From Macrostomum hystrix (lineage: Eukaryota > Animalia > Platyhelminthes), in NCBI GenBank assembly GCA_950097015.1, contig CATNEN010000038.1, positions 4,588,001-4,652,000 of the forward strand: a stretch of DNA of 64,000 nucleotides, written 5' to 3'. Below are positions 25,143-47,119 of the stretch, piece after piece; positions within the stretch are counted from its first letter, which is position 1, and each line of letters starts with the position of its first letter. Made by a program: the position numbers and the translations under genes. The notes under the pieces are model-generated. The model was not told the DNA's origin. It saw only the letters and a program-made list of their open reading frames with translations, and did no database searches.

Positions 25143-27710
25143 TAACAGGTGAATGTGTCAGATGTCACAACTGTGCCTGTCAGTGTGTAACAGGTGAATG
25201 TGTCAGATGTCACAGCTGTGACTGTCAGTGTGTAACAGGTGAATGTGTCAGATGTCACAGCTGTGACTGTCAGTGTGTAACAGGTGAATGTGTCAGATGT
25301 CACAGCTGTGACTGTCAGTGTGTAACAGGTGAATGTGTCAGATGTCACAGCTGTGACTGTCAGTGTGTAACAGGTGAATGTGTCAGATGTCACAGCTGTG
25401 CCTGTCAGTGTGTAACAGGTGAATGTGTCAGATGTCACAGCTGTGCCTGTCAGTGTGTAACAGGTGAATGTGTCAGATGTCACAGCTGTGTCTGTCAGTG
25501 TGTAACAGGTGAATGTGTCAGATGTCACAGCTGTGACTGTCAGTGTGTAACAGGTGAATGTGTCAGATGTCACAGCTGTGACTGTCAGTGTGTAACAGGT
25601 GAATGTGTCAGATGTCACAGCTGTGACTGTCAGTGTGTAACAGGTGAATGTGTCAGATGTCACAGCTGTGACTGTCAGTGTGTAACAGGTGAATGTGTCA
25701 GATGTCACAGCTGTGCCTGTCAGTGTGTAACAGGTGAATGTGTCAGATGTCACAGCTGTGACTGTCAGTGTGTAACAGGTGAATGTGTCAGACGTCACAG
25801 CTGTGACTGTCAGTGTGTAACAGGTGAATGTGTCAGACGTCACAGCTGTGACTGTCAGTGTGTAACAGGTGAATGTGTCAGACGTCACAGCTGTGACTGT
25901 CAGTGTGTAACAGGTGAATGTATCAGATGTCACAGCTGTGACTGTCAGTGTGTAACAGGTGAATGTGTCAGACGTCACAGCTGTGACTGTCAGTGTGTAA
26001 CAGGTGAATGTATCAGATGTCACAGCTGTGACTGTCAGTGTGTAACAGGTGAATGTGTCAGATGTCACAGCTGTGCCTGTCAGTGTGTAACAGGTGAATG
26101 TGTCAGACGTCACAGCTGTGACTGTCAGTGTGTAACAGGTGAATGTGTCAGATGTCACAGCTGTGCCTGTCAGTGTGTAACAGGTGAATGTGTCAGATGT
26201 CACAGCTGTGACTGTCAGTGTGTAACAGGTGAATGTGTCAGATGTCACAGCCGTGACTGTCAGTGTGTAACAGGTGAATGTGTCAGATGTCACAGTCGTG
26301 ACTGTCAGTGTGTAACAGGTGAATGTGTCAGATGTCACAGCTGTGCCTGTCAGTGTGTAACAGGTGAATGTGTCAGATGTCACAGCTGTGCCTGTCAGTG
26401 TGTAACAGGTGAATGTGTCAGACGTCACAGCTGTGACTGTCAGTGTGTAACAGGTGAATGTGTCAGATGTCACAGCTGTGACTGTCAGTGTGTAACAGGT
26501 GAATGTGTCAGATGTCACAGCTGTGACTGTCAGTGTGTAACAGGTGAATGTGTCAGATGTCACAGCTGTGCCTGTCAGTGTGTAACAGGTGAATGTGTCA
26601 GATGTCACAGCTGTGACTGTCAGTGTGTAACAGGTGAATGTGTCAGATGTCACAGCTGTGACTGTCAGTGTGTAACAGGTGAATGTGTCAGATGTCACAG
26701 CCGTGACTGTCAGTGTGTAACAGGTGAATGTGTCAGATGTCACAGCTGTGACTGTCAGTGTGTAACAGGTGAATGTGTCAGATGTCACAGCCGTGACTGT
26801 CAGTGTGTAACAGGTGAATGTGTCAGATGTCACAGCTGTGCCTGTCAGTGTGTAACAGGTGAATGTGTCAGATGTCACAGCTGTGACTGTCAGTGTGTAA
26901 CAGGTGAATGTGTCAGATGTCACAGCCGTGACTGTCAGTGTGTAACAGGTGAATGTGTCAGACGTCACAGCTGTGACTGTCAGTGTGTAACAGGTGAATG
27001 TGTCAGATGTCACAGCTGTGACTGTCAGTGTGTAACAGGTGAATGTGTCAGATGTCACAGCTGTGACTGTCAGTGTGTAACAGGTGAATGTGTCAGATGT
27101 CACAGCCGTGACTGTCAGTGTGTAACAGGTGAATGTGTCAGATGTCACAGCTGTGACTGTCAGTGTGTAACAGGTGAATGTGTCAGATGTCACAGCCGTG
27201 ACTGTCAGTGTGTAACAGGTGAATGTGTCAGATGTCACAGCTGTGACTGTCAGTGTGTAACAGGTGAATGTGTCAGATGTCACAGCCGTGACTGTCAGTG
27301 TGTAACAGGTGAATGTGTCAGACGTCACAGCTGTGACTGTCAGTGTGTAACAGGTGAATGTGTCAGACGTCACAGCTGTGACTGTCAGTGTGTAACAGGT
27401 GAATGTGTCAGATGTCACAGCTGTGCCTGTCAGTGTGTAACAGGTGAATGTGTCAGACGTCACAGCTGTGACTGTCAGTGTGTAACAGGTGAATGTGTCA
27501 GATGTCACAGCTGTGACTGTCAGTGTGTAACAGGTGAATGTGTCAGATGTCACAGCTGTGCCTGTCAGTGTGTAACAGGTGAATGTGTCAGATGTCACAG
27601 CTGTGACTGTCAGTGTGTAACAGGTGAATGTGTCAGATGTGACAGCTGTGACTGTCAGTGTGTAACAGGTGAATGTGTCAGTTATCACAGCTGTGCCTGT
27701 CGGTGTGTGA
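25143..27710. repeat. 45-bp minisatellite (~57 copies) TAACAGGTGAATGTGTCAGATGTCACAGCTGTGACTGTCAGTGTG
   Basis: Highly homogeneous array starting ~115 bp after the K2P stop. Confidence 0.97.
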
Positions 27711-28434
27711 TGAACATTTTATGTCTCAATTGTGACATTGCGAATAGTTCGTCATCAATTTCCCCGATTAAGAGTAGTTTAAATAAAAATCGATACTTTC
27801 ATAATAGGTATTTTGTCCCCAACACATGTTCATGCGATCGCACAGTTGAAAAATGTAAAGGCAGATAACTTGATTCGCATAAAAATGCATAATTCACTAA
27901 AAGTGTTAGTGAATTACGAGTATTTACCAAGCGTACTTTCTCATTCTCATGTACAACATTTTCATAGAATTTATGACATTTCTGATTTCGTTTTGTTAGC
28001 TAGAGAAAATGGAACAAGTAGATTTTTAAAAAACTGTAAGCAAGTGTGAATAATTTACACATTTAAAGTTTTTAGTCAAGTTTATTGACACCACACACCC
28101 AAGTATATATTTTAATTGAATCAGTTTGAATTGCAATTTGTAAAATAGACATATTGGTGAGTTTTGAAGCAAGCATTTTATTCACTATTCGATACAAAGT
28201 AGGCGAAAAATATAGAAGCATAATACACACCATATACTACTAATCAATTTGTAGGACATCAGCAGTCTAAGCAGCATTTAAAAACCAACTGCTGAATAAG
28301 CATACTTCAACAGGTAATTATTATCTCATTGAAATGACTGAGTACCAAACTTATAATTATTCTCTATATAAGTAGACTGACAGATCGGATAGAGGGGTGA
28401 TAAAATCAATGTGCCTGATTACTCACACAGGAAG

Positions 28435-28725
28435 TCACACAGGTACTGAGAGGCAGTCAGACAGGTAGTCAGGTACTGACAGGCAGTTAGGTACTGACAG
28501 GTAGTCAGGTACTGACAGGCAGTCAGGTACTGACAGGCAGTCAGACAGGCAGTTAGGTACTGACAGGCAGTTAGGTACTGACAGGCAGTCAGACAGGCAG
28601 TCAGGTACTGACAGGTAGCCAGGTACTGACAGGCAGTCAGACAGGCAGTCAGGTACTGACAGGCAGACAGGTACTGACAGGCAGTCAGGTACTGACAGGC
28701 AGTCAGGCAGGTAGTCAGTACTGGC
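28435..28725. repeat. Short degenerate tandem repeat CAGGTACTGACAGGCAGT
   Basis: Visible array. Confidence 0.8.
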
Positions 28726-29382
28726 AGTTTATCAGATAATGACGATCAGACATTGACAACTTTGATAAGTTTGACAGGTTCTTAAAGTTCTTGATATTCA
28801 TACTGACAGCACAAACAGGATCGCAGTACGTTGTATTTTCAACTTAACACAAGCTGTCAATAAAAGGAGACTTGGCAAATGAGATAATTTATGAAGAAAT
28901 AAAAAATCAGTGGCTTAGACCGGCAAAAGTGTTTCTTTTACACGAGCAAAACGCAACAATTTAAAATTAGCAATGGCCAAGATTTTCATGTCTAACAAGA
29001 AATATTCATAGATTGAATAATACTCAGGACAGTACTTACTTTAGTAGTATAGATAAGAAGTAATTTATTGACGTCTTGACGTATTGAAAAATCAAAAAAT
29101 CTCATTTTTAATTCTTGGGGCGACAAAAAAAGGAACGCTTATATTGTGAATGCTTATGACTGGGGCAGTCTTGCACATTGCCATTAAGCTAGGGTGAAGT
29201 CGCTATTGACAAAGAGCTGCAATTTTCCCGCAGCTGAGACTAATGACAATCACAGATGGAGCCAAACTAGTGGAGAGGGAATTATGGACGAAAGCAGAAG
29301 ATATTTAGAAGATACAGCTAGTGGGTTGGGATGAATGGGTAAATGGAAAAATTGCAGTTGGATAGTGACAAACTGGCACAAT

Positions 29383-29680
29383 GACAGACAGACAGACAGA
29401 CAGGCGGACAGACAGACAGACAGGCGGACAGACAGGCGGACAGACAGGCGGACAGACAGGCGGACAGACAGACAGACAGACAGGCGGACAGACAGACAGG
29501 CGGACAGACAGACAGACAGGCGGACAGACAGGCGGACAGACAGACAGGCGGACAGGCGGACAGACAGACAGGCGGACAGACAGACAGACAGGCGGACAGA
29601 CAGGCGGACAGACAAGCAGACAGACAGACAGACAGGCGGACAGACAGACAGACAGACAGGCGGACAGACAGACAGACAGG
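29383..29680. repeat. (GACA)n / GACAGGCG compound microsatellite
   Basis: Visible array downstream of GOSR1. Confidence 0.9.
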
Positions 29681-29935
29681 AAAGCGAGGATTCGAATAAA
29701 AATGGGAAGTTTCAAAAACAAACTGACCAAGGCCAAGGAAATGAGCCAATCAAAGAAAATCCAACCGCAAAACTACAAACATCCGGTAAGCAAACAACAA
29801 TAAAGAAAAGCACACTGCAGTTTCTAGGAAAATAAAAACTTGACATCCGAGGCACGGACAATAACAAGCAAACGAATTTCTGCAGTCTCTAAGCTACATA
29901 TGAAGATCGGCAAAACACACACGCAGACACACAGC

Positions 29936-31831
29936 TCATCGGAACACGTACACGATGAGCAGCACTAGGCAGAGCGCTGTGACGCCGGCCACAACGATGG
30001 CGTCGCGCCGTTTCCTCAAGTTAATCTTGTGAATGAGATTGTTCATTGTGGGGAATCTGGTTGCTACGGAGTTCAGGCGGTTCTGGACTCCGCGCACAAC
30101 ACGATTCTGGCCCAGCAGATTCTCCTTGACAGTCATGGCCAGATCAATCTGCTGATCGGCCAGTCTCTCGCTGGCCTTCAGCGACTCATTCTCGGACAGG
30201 ATGAGGCCGGTGCGACCCTGGGCGCGGAAGGCGCTGATGTCTGTCCTGACGGAGCCCAGGAGCTCCTCCCGCTCTCTGGCAGCTTCGATGTTGTGACGGG
30301 TGCGCTGGAACTCCTTCTGGTAGTCCGTCAGGATGTCGCGATGCCGCTGCAGGGTGTGTAGAGAGCCGGCGCCGCTTTCAACGCACTCTGTCATCGCTGA
30401 GTGACAGGCCGACAACTCGCCTGATGGCGGTTGATGAAGGACAAATCAACAGTAAGCAACTAAGCTTGAGAGGTTCGAACTGGGAAAAGTCTAACCCCAG
30501 AGCGCGATCCCAAAATACTTATGGTACCAGGTACTAAACAGTAAGAATTCAATCCCTCACTGTGAGATTTTGATCCTCAACTGTGGGACTTTGATCCTAA
30601 CTGTGGGATTTTTATCCTTAACTGTGGAACTTTGATCCCCAACTGAGGGACTTTGATCCCCAACTGTGGAACTTTGATCCCCAACTGAGGGACTTTGATC
30701 CCCAACTGTGGAACTTTGATCCCCAACTGAGGGACTTTGATCCCCAACTGTGGAACTTTGATCCTCAACTGTGGGACTTTGATGCCCAACTGAGGGATTT
30801 TGATCCTCAACTGTGGGACTTTGATCCCCAACTGTGGGATTTTGATACCCTAATGCGGCAACTGTGGGGTTTTTTATACAAATGCAAGAAGGGGATTTTG
30901 ATTCCTGTGGGATTTCGATACAATTAAAAATGGGATTTTGATCCCAAGCTGTGGGATTTTAAAACCCTAACTGTGGGATTTTAATCCTAAACTGTTGAAT
31001 TTTAAACCCCAACTGTGGGATTTTGATCCCATGTATGTGGCAACTGTGGGATTATGATACAAAGAAGGATTTTGATCCCCAAGTGTGGGATTTTGATCCC
31101 TGAATGTGGCAACCGTGAGATTTTGATACAAAGAGGGATTTTGATTGCTTAAGTAGGATTTAATTTTTTAAATACAATGTCTGCCTTTTTTCTTTTACAA
31201 GACGAACTCGATGCTAGTTGGAGTAGGATTTGAATCTGAATAATTTGAACTATGATCTCAAAATTGCTCTTTGAATAAGAAAAAGGTGTGATTCCTTTAT
31301 TCTCAAAGTTGGGATTTGTTATTCTCAAAGTTGGGATTAGTTTTACAAAAGTGCCAATTCTGATCATTTGAATAAATCGAGAATTTACATCATAAAAATT
31401 ACTATAAATTTAGGCTAAATACTGCTTTCGCGCCCATATAAAAAACAAATAATTGCTGCAGTCTGAAGACCAGGCAGGGCAGACCAGGCACTGTACATTT
31501 TCACCGTGCCTTGGAGGCAAATAAATGTGGCCTCGCCGCGGAATCGAGCCCAGGATCCTTCGTGCGAGAGGCAAACGCGTTAGACCGCTCGTCTCCGCAC
31601 CCAAATCGCTCACTCACCCAGCAGTCGTTCAACTTCGGCGCTCATGGAGGCCAGCATGTGTCCGCCGGTCTCGCCACCGCTGCCGCTGCCGCTGCGCCCG
31701 GAGCTGGCGCCCAGCTTGGACAGGCTCACCAGCTTCTGATCTAGCGAGTTCTCTAACTGGCGGGCACGCCTGCGCACCTCCTCCCAACGCTTGGCTTGCT
31801 GCGCCGGGCCGCCCGTGGAGTCCATAAACAT
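29936..31831 (-). CDS. GOSR1: Golgi SNAP receptor complex member 1 (Gos28); exons 31831/31825-31618 and 30420-29936
   Basis: WEEVRRRARQLENSLDQKLVSLSKLG; HTLQRHRDILTDYQKEF; REREELLGSV; RFPTMNNLIHKINLRKRRDAIV + C-terminal TM; phase-1 GT-AG intron. Confidence 0.93.
30558..31145. repeat. 21-bp minisatellite CAACTGTGGGACTTTGATCCC
   Basis: Array in the GOSR1 intron. Confidence 0.88.
31465..31603 (-). mobile_element. SINE family A, internally shortened copy
   Basis: Shares AACGCGTTTGCCTCTCGC..GCTCGATTCCGCGGCGAGGCCACAT and CCTCCAAGGCAC.GTGA with 1850-2212. Confidence 0.65.
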
Positions 31832-32420
31832 TGATTACCAAGGTGAGGCTGGAGCCGGTCAGATCTGGCTTTGCTTTTGTGCTTTGTCAATTTTCTTCTT
31901 GTATGGCTTAGTTGCTTTTAGCTTGGAAGATTTGAGCTAAAAAATCGATAACAGATATATGCATTTTCATCTAATCAGAGTAGGAATCAACAACTAGGTT
32001 ATCAGAAGTACAAGGCTGTAATCACTAGCCAGAGCTTTGGGTGACAATATTTAATTTATGTATTTAATCAACAATCGAAATGCAATAATCAATATTATAT
32101 ACCATAACAAATATCAACAGTAACTACAAAACTCAAAGATAATAGCCCTATGGTTTAAGAACCGAGCCACTAAACTAGTTCATGTTATAAAATCAATAAA
32201 TCTGTATTGCAGTACATCTGGGAAGTCTATGGCAATTTTTAAGCAAATTAAGCTTTTCATTATATATTTTTTCTTTATTTTAGTACTTGCTAGTTTTATA
32301 GAACTAAAGTACTAAATAATCATAGATCTATTGTTTATGCCTATTATTTATATGTAGTGCCTGAATATATGAATACTTTTATTATAAATGAAAGCATTTC
32401 AAGGCCTATTACTTATATAC

Positions 32421-32672
32421 CATACATGTGCAACACCCGGCCGACCTGGCCAAACCGGCTGGGTGAAATGAGGGCCAAGCAAGGTAAGTTGCAAAAACCA
32501 ATCAACCAAGTGCAAAAAAATCAAAGGGGGGACCAAGGGACAAAAAAGGAAGGCATGAAGAAGAGGAAAAAGGGGAGAGGAAAATAGAGCAAATGAGAGC
32601 AAACTAAGTTGTAAATAGAGCAAAAACTAAGTCGCAAGGCCAGCTAAGATTTGGGAGGTTGGACATGTGTTT
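32421..32672. mobile_element. Non-autonomous TIR element (MITE), shorter copy
   Basis: Homologous to 55163-55531; ends CATACATGTGCAAC ... GTTGGACATGTG. Confidence 0.65.
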
Positions 32673-33508
32673 GGTACATCTTTTGCTTTTAAGTTGAATC
32701 TAACAAAGTAACATCTCAATTTTAGTATATGCAATCGATCAAGCATATAGCTACTGTGTCCCTAAGTTAAGTCCTGCATGAGATAAGATAGGCCCCTAGA
32801 TACATTTATTGGGATGTATATTAAGTAATTGACAATTTGTTAAGTGCTTCAAATTAGGACAAGCAGGTTGTAAATTATTGTCACATAAGATACAATAGGA
32901 CCTGAGCCTATAGAAATTCTAATTTTGAATGAACATGCAAGCACAATTTCCTGCCCTTAAGGTCCCTAACCTAAACAATAAATGCCAAAACTCAATATTA
33001 CAAGCATGTGCATGTCTTCAATGTGGGGTCATGGGCCTTTGTTGCTTAGGCATACTTAACAACACCCCTGCCATGCCCATGCCCAGGTATGCTTTATGTC
33101 ACAAAATAATAGACATGCCATGATGCCATGCCATGAGACCAAGTCCAGTGGTTGCTTGTTTAACTTAAAAACTTTTCCAACTTAAAAATATGGAAACCAC
33201 AAATCACTATTATGGACTTGGTAGCCATTTCTATAACATTGCAGCTTGTGGGCATGGGGCATGGCAGCTGTGTACATAAGACATAATTACTGCAAATATA
33301 ATTGCTGTTATATTAGTATGCATTCAGCACAGTTCCAGTAGCCCGTGGAGTGGTGCAGGACATAAAAACTGAAATTGAGAAACTCCAGTAACGTGAAAAT
33401 AGGCCTAAGTCATCAACAATAAAACACTGGCATAAAAAAGCCACGCATTTTGTAATTTGCTATAGGGGCCTAGGCCTAGTCATAGCCCTTAGGTTTGCCT
33501 CATACCTT

Positions 33509-33732
33509 GGGTCTACAACAATTGACTGGCACAATTTGACTGTGGGAAAAATGTCTCTGGACAATTTGACTGCCGACTGGACTTTTTGTTCTTGGCATTT
33601 TTGTCTATAGACTGCGACAGGTAAAGCCATTTTGTCTACACTCTTTTTGTGGCAGTTATTTTGTCAACAGTAAAATTGTTATGCGGTAAAATTGTCCCCT
33701 GTCAAATTGTGCCAGTCAATTGTCGTGCACTC
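33509..33732. mobile_element. MITE-like element, ~220 bp
   Basis: Perfect 23-bp inverted repeat ACAATTGACTGGCACAATTTGAC (33518) / GTCAAATTGTGCCAGTCAATTGT (33701-33723); TSD not evident. Confidence 0.6.
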
Positions 33733-33753
33733 AATTTAGACGTGTATATTTTG

Positions 33754-36700
33754 ACGTATTAATTTCCCGATTGACATTCACATTCACATTCACATTCAAA
33801 CAAGAGTATTGTAACTTAAAAAATAACCATTCAATTACAGCGAAACTTACAAGATCTTCTGATGCAACTAAGATAACGTTCCAAAAAAAATATAATTTAT
33901 TTTTGTCAATGCATAAAAGAATTACACAGCTTTGAAGTTTGTTCCTATCTCCGCAGTGTATATTCTTGTACTTTCAAAAAGTAACTTCTACTGCATCAAT
34001 CGCAATGAAAATTTACAAAACCTCTGATGCAATCGAGTTGATTGGATGTGAAAAATTTCAGACTGATTCATGAAAGCGTCTGCGGGTTATTCAATGTTAA
34101 AGTGTGTTTCGTATCTCCGTAGTGTATTTTTGGGAGCCAGCTTGACATTCGCAGGCAGACACTTCTACTGCATCAATCGCAATGAAAATTTACAAAACCT
34201 CTGATGCAATCGAGTTGAACGGGTGGGAAAAATTTCAGACTGATTCATGAAAGCGTCTGCGGGTTATTCAATGTTAAAGTGTGTTTCGTATCTCCGTAGT
34301 GTATTTTTGGGAGCCAGCTTGACATTCGCAGGCAGACACTTCTACTGCATCAATCGCAATGAAAATTTACAAAACCTCTGATGCAATCGAGTTGATTGGA
34401 TGTGAAAAATTTCAGACTGATTCATGAAAGCGTCTGCGGGTTATTCAATGTTAAAGTGTGTTTCGTATCTCCGTAGTGTATTTTTGGGAGCCAGCTTGAC
34501 ATTCGCAGGCAGACACTTCTACTGCATCAATCGCAATGAAAATTTACAAAACCTCTGATGCAATCGAGTTGATTGGATGTGAAAAATTTCAGACTGATTC
34601 ATGAAAGCGTCTGCGGGTTATTCAATGTTAAAGTGTGTTTCGTATCTCCGTAGTGTATTTTTGGGAGCCAGCTTGACATTCGCAGGCAGACACTTCTACT
34701 GCATCAATCGCAATGAAAATTTACAAAACCTCTGATGCAATCGAGTTGATTGGATGTGAAAAATTTCAGACTGATTCATGAAAGCGTCTGCGGGTTATTC
34801 AATGTTAAAGTGTGTTTCGTATCTCCGTAGTGTATTTTTGGGAGCCAGCTTGACATTCGCAGGCAGACACTTCTACTGCATCAATCGCAATGAAAATTTA
34901 CAAAACCTCTGATGCAATCGAGTTGATTGGATGTGAAAAATTTCAGACTGATTCATGAAAGCGTCTGCGGGTTATTCAATGTTAAAGTGTGTTTCGTATC
35001 TCCGTAGTGTATTTTTGGGAGCCAGCTTGACATTCGCAGGCAGACACTTCTACTGCATCAATCGCAATGAAAATTTACAAAACCTCTGATGCAATCGAGT
35101 TGATTGGATGTGTAAAATTTCAGACTGATTCATGAAAGCGTCTGCGGGTTATTCAATGTTAAAGTGTGTTTCGTATCTCCGTAGTGTATTTTTGGGAGCC
35201 AGCTTGACATTCGCAGGCAGACACTTCTACTGCATCAATCGCAATGAAAATTTACAAAACCTCTGATGCAATCGAGTTGATTGGATGTGAAAAATTTCAG
35301 ACTGATTCATGAAAGCGTCTGCGGGTTATTCAATGTTAAAGTGTGTTTCGTATCTCCGTAGTGTATTTTTGGGAGCCAGCTTGACATTCGCAGGCAGACA
35401 CTTCTACTGCATCAATCGCAATGAAAATTTACAAAACCTCTGATGCAATCGAGTTGAACGGGTGGGAAAAATTTCAGACTGATTCATGAAAGCGTCTGCG
35501 GGTTATTCAATGTTAAAGTGTGTTTCGTATCTCCGTAGTGTATTTTTGGGAGCCAGCTTGACATTCGCAGGCAGACACTTCTACTGCATCAATCGCAATG
35601 AAAATTTACAAAACCTCTGATGCAATCGAGTTGATTGGATGTGTAAAATTTCAGACTGATTCATGAAAGCGTCTGCGGGTTATTCAATGTTAAAGTGTGT
35701 TTCGTATCTCCGTAGTGTATTTTTGGGAGCCAGCTTGACATTCGCAGGCAGACACTTCTACTGCATCAATCGCAATGAAAATTTACAAAACCTCTGATGC
35801 AATCGAGTTGATTGGATGTGAAAAATTTCAGACTGATTCATGAAAGCGTCTGCGGGTTATTCAATGTTAAAGTGTGTTTCGTATCTCCGTAGTGTATTTT
35901 TGGGAGCCAGCTTGACATTCGCAGGCAGACACTTCTACTGCATCAATCGCAATGAAAATTTACAAAACCTCTGATGCAATCGAGTTGAACGGGTGGGAAA
36001 AATTTCAGACTGATTCATGAAAGCGTCTGCGGGTTATTCAATGTTAAAGTGTGTTTCGTATCTCCGTAGTGTATTTTTGGGAGCCAGCTTGACATTCGCA
36101 GGCAGACACTTCTACTGCATCAATCGCAATGAAAATTTACAAAACCTCTGATGCAATCGAGTTGATTGGATGTGTAAAATTTCAGACTGATTCATGAAAG
36201 CGTCTGCGGGTTATTCAATGTTAAAGTGTGTTTCGTATCTCCGTAGTGTATTTTTGGGAGCCAGCTTGACATTCGCAGGCAGACACTTCTACTGCATCAA
36301 TCGCAATGAAAATTTACAAAACCTCTGATGCAATCGTGTTGAACGTGTCTGCCTGCGAATGTCAAGCTGGCTCCCAAAAATACACTACGGAGATACGAAA
36401 CACACTTTAACATTGAATAACCCGCAGACGCTTTCATGAATCAGTCTGAAATTTTTCACATCCAATCAACTCGATTGCATCAGAGGTTTTGTAAATTTTC
36501 ATTGCGATTGATGCAGTAGAAGTGTCTGCCTGCGAATGTCAAGCTGGCTCCCAAAAATACACTACGGAGATACGAAACACACTTTAACATTGAATAACCC
36601 GCAGACGCTTTCATGAATCAGTCTGAAATTTTACACATCCAATCAACTCGATTGCATCAGAGGTTTTGTAAATTTTCATTGCGATTGATGCAGTAGAAGT

Positions 36701-37815
36701 GTCTGCCTGCGAATGTCAAGCTGGCTCCCAAAAATACACTACGGAGATACGAAACACACTTTAACATTGAATAACCCGCAGACGCTTTCATGAATCAGTC
36801 TGAAATTTTTCACATCCAATCAACTCGATTGCATCAGAGGTTTTGTAAATTTTCATTGCGATTGATGCAGTAGAAGTGTCTGCCTGCGAATGTCAAGCTG
36901 GCTCCCAAAAATACACTACGGAGATACGAAACACACTTTAACATTGAATAACCCGCAGACGCTTTCATGAATCAGTCTGAAATTTTTCACATCCAATCAA
37001 CTCGATTGCATCAGAGGTTTTGTAAATTTTCATTGCGATTGATGCAGTAGAAGTGTCTGCCTGCGAATGTCAAGCTGGCTCCCAAAAATACACTACGGAG
37101 ATACGAAACACACTTTAACATTGAATAACCCGCAGACGCTTTCATGAATCAGTCTGAAATTTTTCACATCCAATCAACTCGATTGCATCAGAGGTTTTGT
37201 AAATTTTCATTGCGATTGATGCAGTAGAAGTGTCTGCCTGCGAATGTCAAGCTGGCTCCCAAAAATACACTACGGAGATACGAAACACACTTTAACATTG
37301 AATAACCCGCAGACGCTTTCATGAATCAGTCTGAAATTTTTCACATCCAATCAACTCGATTGCATCAGAGGTTTTGTAAATTTTCATTGCGATTGATGCA
37401 GTAGAAGTGTCTGCCTGCGAATGTCAAGCTGGCTCCCAAAAATACACTACGGAGATACGAAACACACTTTAACATTGAATAACCCGCAGACGCTTTCATG
37501 AATCAGTCTGAAATTTTTCACATCCAATCAACTCGATTGCATCAGAGGTTTTGTAAATTTTCATTGCGATTGATGCAGTAGAAGTTACTTTTTGAAAGTA
37601 CAAGAATATACACTGCGGAGATAGGAACAAACTTCAAAGCTGTGTAATTCTTTTATGCATTGACAAAAATAAATTATATTTTTTTTGGAACGTTATCTTA
37701 GTTGCATCAGAAGATCTTGTAAGTTTCGCTGTAATTGAATGGTTATTTTTTAAGTTACAATACTCTTGTTTGAATGTGAATGTGAATGTGAATGTCAATC
37801 GGGAAATTAATACGT
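33754..37815. mobile_element. Foldback (Mutator/FB-like) non-autonomous element: ~230-bp terminal inverted arms plus head-to-head 178-bp tandem arrays, 9-bp TSD
   Basis: Termini ACGTATTAATTTCCCG / CGGGAAATTAATACGT; TATATTTTG at 33745-33753 and 37816-37824; ~13 units forward and ~7 reverse, switching near 36345. Confidence 0.9.
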
Positions 37816-38277
37816 TATATTTTGAGGACAAATATTCGGCAATTTTAAATATACACATAATTACTAGTAGAACAAAAAACGTTTGGTTTTGATAGAAAGA
37901 ACTTTAAAATTTATTTTTTTATTCAAGAATACGAGTTTACTTTTTTATGGGATTACTTTTTAAACAAACGCAACTGCGAAATTGTTTAACTATGCTTGCA
38001 CGAAAACTTGAAATTATTCCGACTGTCGTCCTAGTAATATTGATCAACTATTTATTGTACACCAGCAGTGAACTAGTTTGGAAGAAATTAATTTTCATGC
38101 CCTTGGTAAACTTTTGTCTATTTGTTTATTGTCATTTTTTCTAGTTTTTCAAACTTGATGTTTTGGGACCGCAAAATACCAAAACCAAATCCAAAAGCGA
38201 ATACGCGGCATAACTAACAATTATTTTGTGATGCGTATTTCCGTGTATTAATCGATAAAATTTAGGTGTGACACAGC

Positions 38278-38508
38278 CTATACTTTGAACTAGATTTAAA
38301 TATGCTTCGAATTTTTGCTAACAACTTAATAACTTTGCTAACGACCTAATTGCAACGAAGACTACGAAGAAAGTACTACCTTACATGCAAAATCTATACT
38401 TTGAACTAGATTTAAATATGCTTCGAATTTTTGCTAACAACTTAATAACTTTGCTAACGACCTAATTGCAACGAAGACTACGAAGAAAGAACTACCTTAC
38501 ATGCAAAA
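38278..38508. repeat. 116-bp tandem duplication (2 copies)
   Basis: CTATACTTTGAACTAGATTTAAATATG... recurs at 38278 and 38394. Confidence 0.85.
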
Positions 38509-38749
38509 ACTGTATTTTGTCGCAAATTCGCACGACTAAAGTTATTATATATGTGCTTTGTAGTTTACCTTTCAATTGAAAACTAATTTAAGAAATAATA
38601 AGTAACGTTTACGTAATAAAAAAACAACCAAGTTTTGGAGTTTTTTTTATCTACGAATAATAAACTTCGAATTAACTAGAATCTAGCAATATACGAGGGG
38701 TGTCCAAAAAGTAGTGGGAATTTTCAACGTAGCTCGTTGTCCACAGCAG

Positions 38750-46711
<7,962 letters not shown>

Positions 46712-47119
46712 AGCAACTGGCTCAGATCAAGCAGATGTGTTAACGGATATTGATGCCTTCGTTAAGACTGCCCGAACTTTATAAGACCAATTCGGGCTGT
46801 GATTGGACACTTTGGTAATCCCTTGTGGGAATTGGCTTAATGGACTAGTTTAACTTCGGCTTGCCATCGGGTTTGGCTCCAAAATTGTGCTCAAATTTCT
46901 TTTGAATACTTATTAACGGAGTTGCCTCATCAAGCTAAGCTACTGAGATTTTTTGTAACATCTCCTCCAAGAAATAAATAACTCCGATTGGAAATTCGAG
47001 GATCCGCCTACGCAAATACAACTGACCAAGAAATGCTCCCAACTGCTATATTAACACTGGAGAATACCTAATATATCTCTCGGTTCTCATCTCTTCCCTG
47101 ACTAATTTCTTCCCAGCTT

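Noticed and set aside
25124-27868. 914-aa Cys/His-rich, multiheme- or metallothionein-like ORF (CxxCH repeats)
   Set aside because: Produced by a 45-bp minisatellite that is also open on the opposite strand; no signal peptide or unique domains.
33984-37585. Hammerhead or retrozyme in the 178-bp unit
   Set aside because: CTGATGC and CTGATTC do not fit the CUGANGA core and no compatible stems were found.
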